Positions 11,835 through 26,800 of a stretch of DNA of 64,000 nt are shown piece after piece. The notes beneath the pieces are model-generated. The model did not search any database. It was not told the DNA's origin and worked only from the letters and a program-made list of their open reading frames with translations. The stretch comes from Lingula anatina (taxonomy: Eukaryota; Animalia; Brachiopoda). The position numbers and the translations under genes are program-made. The DNA lies in contig CM120645.1 in assembly GCA_051362555.1 (NCBI GenBank), positions 16,244,001 through 16,308,000 of the forward strand. Reading direction: 5' to 3'. Each line of letters begins with the position of its first letter. The first letter of the stretch is position 1.

Positions 11835-14800
11835 CTATAAAAAATATAAGAGATCGTTCAGAATGAATCTTGTCGCAAAAGCACTTACTCCTCGGGGACC
11901 CTCGCTGAATGCAATCAGATTAACAGACTAACACGCCTCCTCTTGACGATGAGTAAAATAGGGAGAATGAGTACGCCAGTCACGTTAGAAAAAAAGAGGA
12001 TTAAGCAAGTGCTACCGTGAAGTTAATGTGCATGAACTATTGCGACCTAACTCCCCTAAGTGAACAGGTATATGTGTAAACAGGTATGTGTAAAATTTCT
12101 AGTAATTTCCTTTACATATTACTAGGCGATTCTCCGTGCCACCATACAACTATATCTTTCTTTTGGAATACCATTACACATTACACACGGTCAATTCCAC
12201 AATGTACACCAGATTCCAGGACAATCCCCCCCCCCCGTCAATACCCCCCGGACAGCCCCCCACCCCCCCACCCCCCACCCCCGAGTTGAGTACAAGTAGA
12301 GAAAGTATTATTTAATATTCAATCAAAGTATAACCACATATTCTCCAGGTAAAGGTGGGGTAAACATATGAACAGTTTAACAGGTAAACATTTTTAATTC
12401 TATCTTTTTGTACGGCGGGAATTGAGTAGGTGGATAGTAGTCAATCAATTAAAAGTGACATATAATCAAAGGGATACCTGTATGAGTGAGAGAATCTGTT
12501 TACCCAACCTCTCCCTAGAGATGCAACTTGGTGCAAGGCTTACTTAATCAGGGGCAGGGGTTTAATTAAGCAATTAAAAGTAACACTTAATTCATCAAAA
12601 GGTTACCTGGATGTGTGAGATAATTTGTTTACCTCACTTTACCAGGGAGATATACTTTGATAAGATTTTTAATAAAATTTTCTTTATTTCTATTTCTGAA
12701 ATTTTCTGTACTTGTATTCCATGAAAATAATTTGTTTCATGAATTAAATATCTTCTATCTTTGAGTTGCATTATCACACTAAGAAATATTCATACAATAG
12801 ATGAAAAGATTTGAGTTTCATACTCTTTACTTTATATTTGAAAATAATTATATATTCTTCGGGGGGGGTGGGGGGTAGTCTGGGGGGGGGGAGATTGTCC
12901 AGGGAGGGAATGTCCGGGGGAATTGTCCGGGGAGATTGTCCTGATACCTGTACACCATATCTTGTACAAGGCTGTGGGTTCGCGACTGTTTATTTGTTTC
13001 TTGTAATGTTCTTTGCGCTCTATGTCAAAAAGCAACAAAATCAAACTAAATCACAAGAGAAAAGATAATTCAAGATAAAATTCGATATGTCTTTTTTATA
13101 TAAATACTCACGGTAATCATAACTGTATCCATAGACAAATCCAGACAGACGAAGCCATTCTTGTGCAGGTAGGCCAAGGCGTTCGCCAGTTGGATTAGAC
13201 AATCTATCGGTGCTTTGAGTAAATAATGTACCAGCTCATCCGGTAGGAATTTATGACTGAGCTTGCCTCTGCTGAGGACCCTCAAACTGGTCAAGCGCGG
13301 GTACATGATAAGAGCTGGCAGTTCGTTTGTTGGATCCAAATAAGTACCCAGTATGAAAGGAATGAATATCCTCTTTTGTTGCTTCATTTTTCTGGAAAAA
13401 ATAATTTGTCCTTGTGTTATGTCCTATTCAATGTATGATTAAGAAAGAAAAAACTGAACTGAAGTTAGCATAGAGAATGTTTAAGACAAACAAGAGTTAA
13501 CTTCTTATTTCTACACACCTCATTTCAATGATTTCCTCACGTACTCGCTTTTCACATGTAGCCCCTTCATATCGTTTTACAGATATTTGGAGGGATTGAC
13601 CCTTTGGAGTTTTTAAGATGGCAGAGAAAACTTTGGTCCAGTTCCCTTGATACGACAGTTGTCCTTTCACAGAATTGACGTCTTCTTTCACATCTGTCTC
13701 GTTAAAATCAAAAAGATGTGTAATAGAAAAATCGTCCAGCGCACTGTTAATTGTGGTAAACTTCTTGACGACAGGGTCATAGGTGTCGATAAGGTGATCC
13801 TGTTGTTCTAAAAGAATGATATTTTGAGTTGATGATATAAGCTGTGGGATGGACTCGCGCATCTTTTGCAAATGATCCCTGGCCTCTTCAAATTGGGCAT
13901 CGACAAAGGCTTTTGTGACATCACGCTCAGCCATTATTTTCAATGCCTCGGATGATCTGTCTCGAAGAAATTCACATTTCTTCTGGTCATATTGCTTTAA
14001 GATTTGTTTCTCTTTTCTCTTCATTACATGTTTTTTTACCTCACCAAAAAAAAATGCCGGTGATGCAAGAAGCATACCCAACGCACCAATGGGTAAAATG
14101 GTTGGTGAAAATAAACTGAGTGCAATTTTTTCACCTAGGTTAAAGTCTGTAATCGTCAGGTTGTTCACCTCATTTTCTATTAGGTCTTGTAATTCCATAA
14201 AGGCTGCCAAATCTCGTTCCCTGGAATCTGTTTCCGAAGACCTTTCCAACATGTTTTCAATCATGCGCAGCTCATATTCAATCAATTGGAATTCTATAGT
14301 GAATTTCTTGAACAAGTCTTTCTGCAGGGTTTCAAAATGTTTTTTCTCCATTTCCCAAGAGCTGATGGCATCAATGATTCTTTTAGAGATGGCATCTTCT
14401 ATTCTTCTTTCTAAATCGTTCCAACTACTCCCATAAGGAGCTTCGGCATTGGTCCAAGAGGTAACTCGGGCAAAGACAGGATCGCTGCTAAGATATTTAG
14501 ATAGAGAATCAGTTAGGATTTCACACTTATTATAAAGGTGGTCTTCTAGTTGGTTCAAAATTTCTTCCGACTTTTTCTCAAGTCTGTCCAACCGTTTCTT
14601 CTTTGAATTGTGCTGAGCCTCAAGTTCATCCCAAGTCAAATTGGCAGAGTTAAGGTACTGCTGGGCATAATCTATGGTGCGCTCTACCATACGTTTGCCC
14701 CATCTAAATATAAACATATGTCAAAATCTTACTTGATTGCTTCTCTTAGCAAGATCTTACTTGTATTATAAAAATATTTTATACAGCCCAAGATCTGGCC

Positions 14801-17800
14801 TAGAATCTTTACGATATATATATAAATTTAAACGTACACTACAACATTGGTCAAGGGGTTGTACCACTTAAATTTGACAGTATTTTTTCGTCATTTTCTT
14901 CATTTTTTGGATCATGACCTGTAAACATAAATGTCAAATCAATTTTACGGGGTAAGTTGACCCCTCCAAAATACAGGGTGAGACCTTGACAACTGCTCCA
15001 GAGATTGCAATTGCCTGAGCGGGCAGGAAACCGACATGGGTACCCGAACGCTTGTCACTTTTCAACCCTATAAAGCCTGGGTTTCGGTCTTGTACCTCAT
15101 CCTCCATACCCTAGACAACAACAGAAGTTATTTTATAAGAAACTCTGACAATGCCACGTGCAACAAGCACTGGGGTACGTAACAAGATGATTGCTTTTAG
15201 AGCTGCAGGCCTTACCCAGACAGAAATTGCCAGACGCCTTAGTGTATGTAGGAAAACAGTCACCGGGTCCTGAAAAAATGCTCTGCGTGGAAATATTGAA
15301 ACTGAAAGATCCACTTGTCGTCCACGAGCCACCACCCCTCGCCTGGACCGCACACTGCTCAACATTGCATGAAGAAACAGGAAATTGTCAGCCAGAACCA
15401 TTGCTTTGCAGTTGCAGGCACGCCGTTTGGTGATGATTTCTCGGGAAACCGTGAATCGCAGACTCCTGCAGTTTGGATGCAGATCCAGGCGTATGGCCAA
15501 GAAACCGCCACTAAGACCCAGACATGTCACGACACGGCTACGGTGGGCACGTAGGCATTGGAACTTGACTATCCATCACTGGAACGATGTTGTCTTTGCT
15601 GATGAATCAAAGTTTGTGCTGTACCCCACCGATGGGCGAATGAGTGGCCGTAGACTTGTTGAGGAACGTCTGTTGGCCGTGTGTGTGCAGGAAAATGTCG
15701 CCGGTGGTGGAGGGTCAGTTGTTGTTTGGGGAGTAATCCATGCCCATGGTCGTAGCAGATTGGTTCTTCTGGAACAGAATGTGAACGGGGCAACTTACCG
15801 TGACATTCTCGAGAATCATTTCATTCCCTTTGCCAGAGGTGACTTTCAGGACAATTTCAAACTGCAACAGGACAATTCCCTTGCTCACAATTGTCGTTTG
15901 GTGAAGGATTTTGTACAGAGGAGCAATATTCAAATGATGGAGCAACCACCTTTAAGTCCTGACGCCAACCCTTTTAAACATCTGTGGGATCAATTTGGGC
16001 GCGCGGTGCAAAGGAGAGACAACCCACCTACTAATCTGGATCAACTCTGACAAACACTCCAGGAAGAATGGGGAAATATCCCAGAAAACTCACTCGTGAC
16101 CCTTGTTGAAAGCATGCCGCGCCGCTTACAGGACATTATTACAGCACGTGGAGGGCACACGCGCTATCAGTCACGAAATTTTGATAGATTACATTCCGAT
16201 GATACTCCTTGGTGATATTTGGTGGTATATTTTCATTTTATGGGCATTTCTTTTGCGGCTGTACAGCATCTGTATTAGGACAGATTTGAGGAATTATGTG
16301 AAATAAATCCTAATAAATGTTAAAAGGTGTATTTATTTACACCAGTATTGTGTTCAATCGTACACTTGGTCACGTTTGATATCGGGATTAGAATAAAAAT
16401 AGCCATTTGAAATGGTTTACAGCTGTCATGCAATCATTTGTAAACATAAAAACATGCGATTTAGGGTGGGACAACCTTTTTGACCAATCTTGTACATTTA
16501 GATACGGGTTTAATATATCTCAATTTGGTGTCTTATTTCACAGAGGCACAGACTAATTTCGATAAAGTTTACTTGAATGCATGAATGAGTAAATAAATCT
16601 TAAACGCACCGGTGCGCATGTTCCGTCCTTCTTTGCAAACTCACTGGAATCAGGTCTTCGATGCCTCTGACTAGTCGCCTGTAGTCGCGAGTCATGTACC
16701 CAGCCTGACTGTGCTGCCACGCCTTTTTAGCAGAAAGCGTAAATATCTGCTTTGATGAATCCATGGGCCGGTTCCAGCCCTCACTCACTGCCAAACGCAC
16801 ATTCTCTAAAGCCTTTTCCCTTGCGTCCTCTGGCACTAGATCCCAGCGGTTGCAGACAAAAATAGCACAGCCAGGGTCAAATATTGGCTCTCCAGAGGTA
16901 TCCTTCATATCTTGAAGTTGCCGCAGCAATTTTTGGAGCTAGAGAAAGAAAACCAGAAAAGGCACATGCTATCTTACGGTTTTTACACACTTGAAATCGT
17001 TTTATTTAATCTCACATCTTCAAACGAGAAACAAAAGGCTATCACACATATTAGATTAAAAGGAACGTGTTTAAAGTGAGCTGAAAGCAATGTCTGAAAA
17101 CCAAAATAATTTTAAATAATAACAATTTAAAAATATTAAAGTCAATTTAGCAAAACAATATTATTTCTGACTGTTGGTGGCAACTTTCCTCTGCACATGA
17201 GAGCTAAAATAGTGGTATAATTAAGCGTTATTCATAAGCATTAGGCAGTTTTTTTTAATAACCTGTTTCTCAAGCTCCGCCGACCTCAAAATAGCCAAAA
17301 TAGAAAAAAAATACAATTGAAACCAAAAATATTTTTCTTTTTTCCCCGACTTCCGACTGATCCTACTGTTCGATCGTAAACACGAAACCTAACAAGTTTC
17401 ACGGGACTCCCGCGTCACATGACTGCCTACAAGTTCAAAACGAAGGGTATTTAAGCCAAAGTAAACGATTGGTTCATTTCCTCCAGCTTCCGGTTTTTAA
17501 GCCAATCAATGCTTCGCTGATATTTTACACTGCATGTGTCAAATTAATGCAACATGGCGGGAGACACATACTGGAGTAGCTGTCTCTACTAAGGCAGGAA
17601 ATTGACCACTGTTGTGTGGCTCAGTGTTATAGTGAAGGAAGGACCAAAGATATTATGCAAAAAGGTCTGTCCGGCCAGTATTACAGACGTTTTAGGCCAT
17701 TTTATTGACTGCTTTCTGTCAGAAATGAAAATATCAACTGCAACACTTTTCACGTGTGGAAGGTTTCAACAGGGAGCAAAAATAGGTTCTGAACTGAATG

Positions 17801-20800
17801 TTAGAATGCCGGTCACTACGGTGGTAGATATTGACATTAAGTGCATTCAGATAACAGTTGGCAGTGAACACCAAAAGATGCAGGCTCAACTTAACTCTCT
17901 GAGAACATCCAAATACAGAGCGCATGCAGCACTCGCGTAGGCCTACTTCTGAAAGTCTCCAGAAATGATGTGAGTATTTTTTTCCGTTTTATCAGTCTAG
18001 AGTGTCAAAGTTTTTAAAGGTGAATGTATTTCAGGCATTGATATGTTGGTAAATAAATGTCCTTTTTTGCACTTTCACAAAAACGTATGTTAAATGCTAA
18101 TTGCTCGCTCACAACAGCAGATGTTTCTATACTGAAGCAACATGTCTTTGACATTTTTTTTATTAAATTAAGGCAGGTAATAGCTGTAAACTATCAAGTG
18201 CTTTGGATAATGAGCCTGTCAACATGAATTCATAGTTCAATTAAGTTTTCCACCAAGTTTTTAAGGCGTATATAGATAAGTTTAACCAGGCCTGTAGCCA
18301 GCAATTTCAAAAGAGGGTTCTTTTTCTGAAAAAGTGAACCATTTACCATAAAACCTTCATGCACCTAGATCGATTTTGATCCAGAGCAGACCTTTTCCTG
18401 ACAAAAAGGGTGGATCATTCAATAATATGAAATAAGTTAAGTTGTTGCTGCCATTTAGATTTAATAAAAATTAAGACCACAGTTCCATAACAGGCCATAT
18501 TACCCTTGCTGGTTTTTGTATTTTCAACATTCTGGCTAAGCAATTGTTTGCTGTCTTTTGAATTATACAATTCCTATGCAACTAAGAGAAGTCACACATC
18601 CAACTCGGGTAACTTATCTGAAATATATATATATATTTTTTTAGTGAATCCCCAAGTAATGCAAGGCAGGCAATGTATAATTCCATCTCGCAAGTAGTGG
18701 AAGACTTCAATCTTTGTCTTCAGGCTGGACAGGCCAAAAATCTTGGAAAACGCATAGCAGAGACACTGACAGAGGAGCTACGGTATAGAAGCCCATATGC
18801 AGAGAGAGAGACTGGCTAGTTTAGTGCAGCTGCCATAGTGACCATTTAAGGAAGGCCATTTAACAAGATGATTCTCAAACTTATTGAAAGATTCAAAGGT
18901 CTTAAATATAGCCTGATTGGATTCTTTTTATGGAAGCAATGCTGTTTTTGTGAAATGGTCATTTTTCATATACATGTATTGGTGATTTCAGTGTGGGACT
19001 TGGAACTCACATGGGCATGAAGCCATATTGTTTCTGGATGGCCATGTTACATGAAGTAGATAATTTAAATTTGATGATTTTCCACTTAATCGTTAAATCA
19101 TACATAATATTGCATCAAGGTTGACAAAAAACTGTTTTGTGCACTGCCATCATGAATGCATAGAAAGACAAACTGTGATTTTTGTTTTGTAATTTACAAG
19201 AATGATTCATTGAATTGACATTCATTTAGACAAATAAAACATTGAAAATGAATTGCTGTTTTTATCCAAAAATTGCTATACTGTGTTAAAACCAGTATTT
19301 ACCATTGTCTAACGTAGTTTTGAAAATGAGTGACCAAAAAGTCATTATTTTGAAAAATATTTTTTTATTTTTCCCCCCTCCGACCTCTGACAAAAATAAA
19401 AATCGTTCGAGAAACAGGTAATTAAAAAAAAACTGCCTTATATGTACACTCTGATAAAAATGGAATATTTCAATGGAATACCACAACTGCCATGAAATCC
19501 CGCAAAATATATTGCTTATTAGTATATGACTGAATTATAAGTACAGTACATTTTTCTAACGGACTACTTCTGGTGACCAATTATGGCTTTGGTAAATAAT
19601 CGCCAATTCATTTGGAAAAGTTTATACCATGATCAAACTTGATCAATCTTGCCTCAGCTCATCCAGTGTAGTCGGCCAGAACTCTCTCCTTCTCGCAGCA
19701 CAGCTTAGAGCATCCCAACAATGCACTATGAAATTCAAATAAGGAGAAAAAGCAGGCTATTTGCCCCATTGGCCATTGATGAATTGTTGTGCTTTGTGAC
19801 GTCGATGGAGAAAGACCAAAATGGACTTAAGCAAGTCGCACCGCTTTTGTCGCGACGTAAAGGATGAATGCTGATAAGAGAGTAAAAGTCCCCACCTTTG
19901 TACATGAAAAATAGATTGTGAATGAAATTAAAAAATGATACCAAATTAAAATTAAGGTCTACACTTTTATGATCCACTGTATTTTTTTTAATTTCAAAAT
20001 GACCTTGCCAAATATTCATGAAAATGTGTGTTTTAGGGGGGTTCTGAAATACATTGCTACTTTTCTATAGTTGTAATAGGGTCACAACTGTGAAATATGG
20101 TAATTGGGAACAGAAAGTGCCAGTTTAAAAAAGGAGGCAGTAAGTGGTCATTCAATGCTTGTGATCAATATTTTGATTGCTTTATTCTTACATGTAGTGT
20201 TGATTGAAAGACTAATCACACAATGACTTGAGGATAAAAGATGTTCTTTTTATATGAGACCCTGCCTTAGACAAGCTTTCTTTCATGGTTGAAAAGACAT
20301 GTATATAAGGTGAGATATATTTGAAAATCAGTTTGCCTTATACCCCCGTCACATAACAGGCAGAATGAGCAAGAATGCCGTCGGAAAGACAATGCTTTGT
20401 GCATTCCTGGATATTCAAGGAGCATTCTAAAATTTCCCAGTGCATTTCAAATATTCATATACCATTTCAAAGGTACCTCAAATGATATACGAAGTGAACT
20501 CAAATGCAGTCAAAATGCTCCCAGTATGGCTGCCAATGATGGTTTCAAATATAAAGAATTCAAACAGAATGCAGTTGAAATATCTAAAACACTTAAAATT
20601 ACTTTCTAACATGTTTAGAATGTAACACGATGCCCAGAGTGTATAAATAATGCCACCGGAATGGTAACTGATCAGAATGTTCCTAATGCTGTTGGAATGC
20701 CGTTAGAACATTTAAAATGCAGTCATAGTGCAGTTAGAATACTGTTCAAATGTCATTCGATAATTTTCCACTTGGAATGCACTTCGAAAGTTTTTGACAT

Positions 20801-23800
20801 GAGCAAAACATTCGAGCCGGCCACAAGAATGGGTAAAAATATTTGGAATGCACTCGGAATTTTTAGCTCTTCGAATATCCAGGAATGCACAAAGAATTAT
20901 ATTTCCGATGCCATTCTTGATCATGCCACCTCAAGTGTGACTGGGGTATAAAATCCGCCAGAATGTTTCGAATGTGCCTCGAATGAGCTGAAATATTAAT
21001 TTAGAGAGCAACTGAACTACATAAGTACGCCATTCAAGGTATATTCTAAATATTCTGACTGCCTTCTGACAGCATTATAGATATTCCTAGTTTTCCAACT
21101 ACATTCGAACTGCATTTGAGAGCTAACACAGCCGAAAGTGCATTAATCATTCCAGGCGAATTCAAGCGCATTCTGCGTATTCCAACGGTTTTCTTACAAG
21201 AATTAAAGCAATAATAACTCTTCCTTTGAGATTCAAAATTCTCATCAGTTAAAATATCCATCAGTTAAAATCTCTTAAGAGATTTTAACAAAAAACCAAG
21301 CGTTTAGGAAAAAAAACCTGGACTACCTTTGAATGCAGGAATGGGGTCATTTGCCGTTGGTTTGTACGGTAAAATTACCGTTTACGCCAGGAAAATCCTA
21401 TTTTTGTCCAAAACGAAGAGTTATTATGACTTTAAGGTCAATTTCAACTTTTTCCCGAATGTGGTGCGAATTTTGAAAATTCTTCATTCAGGCTCATTCT
21501 GCTTGATCCCTGCTGATTCCGAATAAGTGTGACGGGAGCTTTAGGGTTGGGCTTGTTATCTACTCAAAATTGTATGGACATTTTCAGTCAATATGCTAGA
21601 AGCCGACCATGTATATTCCTGCCATGGGGTAGCTGCTACGTAACATGGTTACATGCGATGGCTAGACAGATAAACTGAATCTTTTGTTCAAAAAGAACAA
21701 CCCTAAAAGCCATAGGTCTTTGAAAGGGAAGCAGGGGTCAGAATCAGTAAAATATTTTCAGTTGCAAGCAGAAATAGAAAATTCATTTGCATGTAATGCA
21801 TGCTATCAAAAAGGGAAAGTATGCATGAGAAATGGAGTCTAAGACTGGGTACCCATGCCTAGATGGATCCATGATGGATCCAAAGGAAATATATAGGAAA
21901 TAGTTTATATATTTATATATATATGTGTGTTTTGGGCAGCACATCTGATTTTAATATATATTAAGTCCAAACATTCAGAATTTATACACATTATCTACAG
22001 GGAATCTCTCTGCATGCCACAGTGGCAGCAACTTATTTAAATACTAATTGCAATGCAATAGATAACAAGTGAGTGAAAGTTATATCAGTTCTACTTATCA
22101 GGTATACCTATACAGAGGATGATAAATATTCATTCAAGACTGAAGTAAGGTGAATGATAATATGCTGTTCGAATGTAGTTGGAAAACTAGGAATATCTAT
22201 AATGCTGTCAGAAGGCAGTCAGAATATTTTGAATATACCTTGAATGGCGTACTTATGTAGTTCAGTTGCTCTCTTAATTAATATTTCAGCTCACTCGAGG
22301 CACATTCGAAACATTCTGGCGGATTTTATACCCCAGTCACACTAGAGGCGGAATGATCAAGAATGGCATCGGAAATATAATTCTTTGTGCATTCCTGGAC
22401 ATTTGAAGAGCTAAAAATTCCGAGTGCATTCCAAATATTTTTACCCATTTCTGGCCGGCTTGAATGTTTTGCTCATGTCAAAAACTTTCGAAGTGCATTC
22501 CAAGTGGAAAATTATCGAATGACATTTGAACAGTATTCTAACTGCACTATGACTGCATTTTAAATGTTCTAACGACATTCCGACAGCATTAGTAACAATC
22601 TGATCAGTAACCATTCTGGTGGCGTTATTTATACACTCTGGGCATCGTGTTACATTCTAAACATGTTAGAAAGTAATTTTAAGTGTTTTTAGATATTTCA
22701 GCTGCATTCTGTTTGAATTCTTTATATTTCAAACCATCATTGGCAGCCATACTGGGAGCATTTTGACTGCATTTGAGTTCACTTCGTATATCATTTGAGG
22801 TACCTTCTTACATACTTCAGCCTGTATTCGACCAGCAGTTAAACCAAACTCGTAAGGCATTTGAATTTCATTCGGAATAATCTGACTGCTTTCTAAGAAC
22901 ATCCACAATATTCCTACAGTATTGCAACTACAATTTGAAATTACCTCCCGATTATGGCACGAATTTTTCAATTAATTTCTTCCAACTGGTTCTGCTGGAT
23001 TCCTGCTGGTTCCGAATAAGTGTGACGGGGGCCTTAAATCACGTGCCATTTCGAATATCCCTCGAATGTGATCAGAATGTTTCGACTGTTGCCAGAATGC
23101 AGTGAGAATATTTAAAATGCAGCCATAGTGTACCCTGTAGTTAGAATACTATTCAAATACCATTCAATAATTTTCCACTTGGAATGCACTTCGAAAGTTT
23201 TTAACATTCGGGCCGACCACAAGAATGGGTAAAAATATTTGAAATGCACTGGGAAATTTTAGAATGCTCCTTGAATATCCAGGAATGCACAAAGCATTGT
23301 CTTTCCGACGGCATTCTTGCTCATTCTGCCTGTTATGTGACGGGGGTATAAGGCAAACTGATTTTCAAATATATCTCACCTTATATACATGTCTTTTCAA
23401 CCATGAAAGAAAGCTTGTCTAAGGCAGGGTCTCATATAAAAAGAACATCTTTTATCCTCAAGTCATTGTGTGATTAGTCTTTCAATCAACACTACATGTA
23501 AGAATAAAGCAATCAAAATATTGATCACAAGCATTGAATGACCACTTACTGCCTCCTTTTTTAAACTGGCACTTTCTGTTCCCAATTACCATATTTCACA
23601 GTTGTGACCCTATTACAACTACAGAAATGTAGCAATGTATTTCAGAACCCCCCTAAAACACACATTTTCATGAATATTTGGCAAGGTCATTTTGAAATTA
23701 AAAAAAATACAGTGGATCATAAAAGTGTAGACCTTAATTTTAATTTGGTTTCATTTTTTAATTTCATTCACAATCTATTTTTCATGTACAAAGGTGGGGA

Positions 23801-26800
23801 CTTTTACTCTCTTATCAGCACTCATCCTTTACGTTGCGACAAAAGAGGTGCCTTGCTTAAGTCCATTTTGGTCTTTCTCCATCGACGTCACAAAGCGCAA
23901 CAATTCATCAATGGCCAATGGGGCAAATAGCCTGCTTTTTCTCCTTATTTGAATTTCAAAGTGCATTGTTGGGATGCTCTAAGCTGTGCTGCGAGAAGGA
24001 GAGAGTTCTGGCCGACTACATTGGATGAGCTGAGGCAAGATTGATCAAGTTTGATCATGGTATAAACTTTTCCAAATGAATTGGCGATTATTTACCAAAG
24101 CCATAATTGGTCACCAGAAGTAGTCCGTTAGAAAAATGTACTGTACTTATAATTCAGTCATACACTAATAAGCAATATATTTTGCGGGATTTCATGGCAA
24201 TTGTGGTATTCCATTGAAATATCCCTTAAATCACGTGCCATTTCGAATATTCCTCGAATGTGATCAGAATGTTTCGACTGTTGCCAGAATGCCGTGAGAA
24301 TATTTAAAATGCAGCCATAGTGTACCCTGTCGTTAGAATACTATTCAAACGCCATTCAATAATTTTCCAATTGGAATGCACTTCGAAAGTTTTTAACATT
24401 CGGGCCGACCACAAGAATGGGTAAAAATATTTGAAATGCACTCGGAAATTTAAAAATGCTCCTTGAATATCCAGGAATGCACAAAGCATTGTCTTTCCGA
24501 CGGCATTCTTGCTCATTCTGCCTCTAATGTGACGGGGGTATAAGACAAAGTTGGTTCGTGGGCGCGGGTTGCTAGCAGGGTACGGCAGCATTTGGTACAA
24601 CGTTATCACATACGGTAGGTGAAGAGTGTAACGTCGTACTGCAATGAGATTCATCACGTCGACTTCAAAATTCATCCTCTTTAGAATAAATAAACAGTCC
24701 CGGGTGTTGGCATAAAATGACTCCAGTTGTACTCGGTCTCGGTCCTTGATTGGCGGGCCTTCTGTCACACGTTTTATAAATGATCAAGCCACTAGCGATC
24801 CATGTCCAAATCTGCTTTTTAGCGCCTTAAAGCTACGGCATAAGCTGCTCCGTCAATTCCATAACCTTAAATGTGCTGCTTTACTAAACCTGTTACGCTA
24901 AACTGGAGAAGCCACATACGTCGATTGTCTTTGAAATAGGGTTGTTTGTGACTTGCGCGTAAAACAACGCTGCAAATCGTGGCCAATCAAGGGCTTATCC
25001 GCTGAATTGGGATCCGCTATTGAAGCTCGGGATGCGTACTTTTCTAGCATACATCAGAAAAGCAATTATTCGTAAGTCTTTTTTGAATGTTCATTAGACG
25101 TAAGTAAAACCGTCTGATAATATGGTTTGAGCTCATCTATCCATGCGTCCATTGGTTTTGGTGTCGCAGTAGGTGACACGAAGGGCTCTTGGACTGGCTT
25201 CGGGAGTTCTTTATTTACGTGATTAATCTCGGAAATTTCCCGTCAACAGTCAGCACACGTTTCTATAATCTGAGATAGTCTATGGGTGTTTGTCGTTTCT
25301 TCTTGAATCAACTGCTCTTAATACTAGTTTTGTGAAAGAAGCGAGGCGCCCCGTTCTTACGGCTTTCAATCTTCTCTCCCCCATGCCGTTGGTGTTGATA
25401 TCCGGCTCGCGAGACCAAATGTTGAGGATGTTATCGGATATTTAAAACAACAAGAGTAAAAATGAAATAAATAAATAAATAATAATTTAATGTGACGCAA
25501 ATAAATGTACAAAGATGTTGAAAAAATATAAATAGAAAATTGCTGCTATTAAGTCACTAAGCTATGGGCTGGTGGATCGTGCCGCAGCTGTCGGGTCGTG
25601 CCGTGGGCTGCTGAGGCGAGGTACTGCTGAGCCGAGGAACAGTAGACCGTGACACTGCTGTCGGGTCGTTAGCCGTAGGCTGCTGCGACGAAACGTAAAA
25701 AAAACACTAAACAAAAAGTTGAATAAAAATAGATATAAATGGAAAGTTGATGCCATTAAGTCACTAAGCTATGGGCTGGTAGATCATGCCGCTGCTGTCG
25801 GGTCGCTGAGACGTGGCCGGTAGACGGTGCGCTGTTGACTGCTCAGACGAGGCCGCTGAGACGTGACCGGTAAACGGTGCGCCGTGGACTGCTAAGACGA
25901 GGTACTGATGACCCGAGGAACGGCAAATCGTTCCGCTGCTGTGGGGTCGTGAGCCGTAGGCTGCTGAGACGAGGTACGGCTGAACCGTGGCAGGTTAATC
26001 GTGTCGCTGCTGCTGGACCGAGTCGCTGAGGCGTGGAAGCTCATGTGGAAGATAAGACTGGGCAGTAAAAACTGCCCAACTTATATATGTGCAGCTGGTG
26101 GCAAACTGCTCCTCTTCGGAAGAGTTAAAAAACGATGGGCACTTTGCCAAAGGTTACCAGCACTCCAGCCCCCGTCTACCAGCCCCCGTCACACTTATTC
26201 GGAAACAGCAGGAAACAAGGGAAGAAATTTCAAATTGACCTAAATTCTTGTAAAAATGCCGTTGGAATACTCAGAATGCGCTTGAATCCGCCTGGAATGA
26301 TTCGTGCACATTTTGGCCGTATTAGCTCTCAAATGCAGTTCGAATGTAGTTGGAAAATTAGGAATATCAATAATGCTGTCAGAATGCGGGCGGAATATTT
26401 AGAATACACTTCGAATGTAGTACGAGTGTAATTCGATTGCTGGCTGAAATAGGATCGAAATGCATTCGAGTTGCATTCCGACTCATTCTAGCAGGATTTG
26501 AAGTGTATTGCCATTTCGGTTCTCCCTCGAATGTAATCAGAATGTTTCGAATGCTATTGGAATGCCGTGAGAATGTGTAGAATGCAGTCACGGTGCAGTT
26601 ACAGTGATTATTCAAATGCCATTCGATAATTTTCCACTTGTAATGCACATTGAAAGTTTTTTAACATGAGCAAAACATTCGGACTGGCCACAAGAATGGG
26701 TAAAAATAATTGGAATGTACTTGGAATTTGTAGAATGCTCTCTAATATCCAGGAACGCACAAAGAACTGTCTCTCCGACGGCATTCTTGCTCATTCCGCC

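Noticed and set aside
13915-14436. 173-aa plus-strand ORF
   Set aside because: Antisense shadow of exon 6 with no motifs.
15385-16050. 221-aa ORF as an active Tc1 transposase
   Set aside because: The N-terminus is frameshifted, the catalytic Glu is replaced by Lys, and there is a premature stop.
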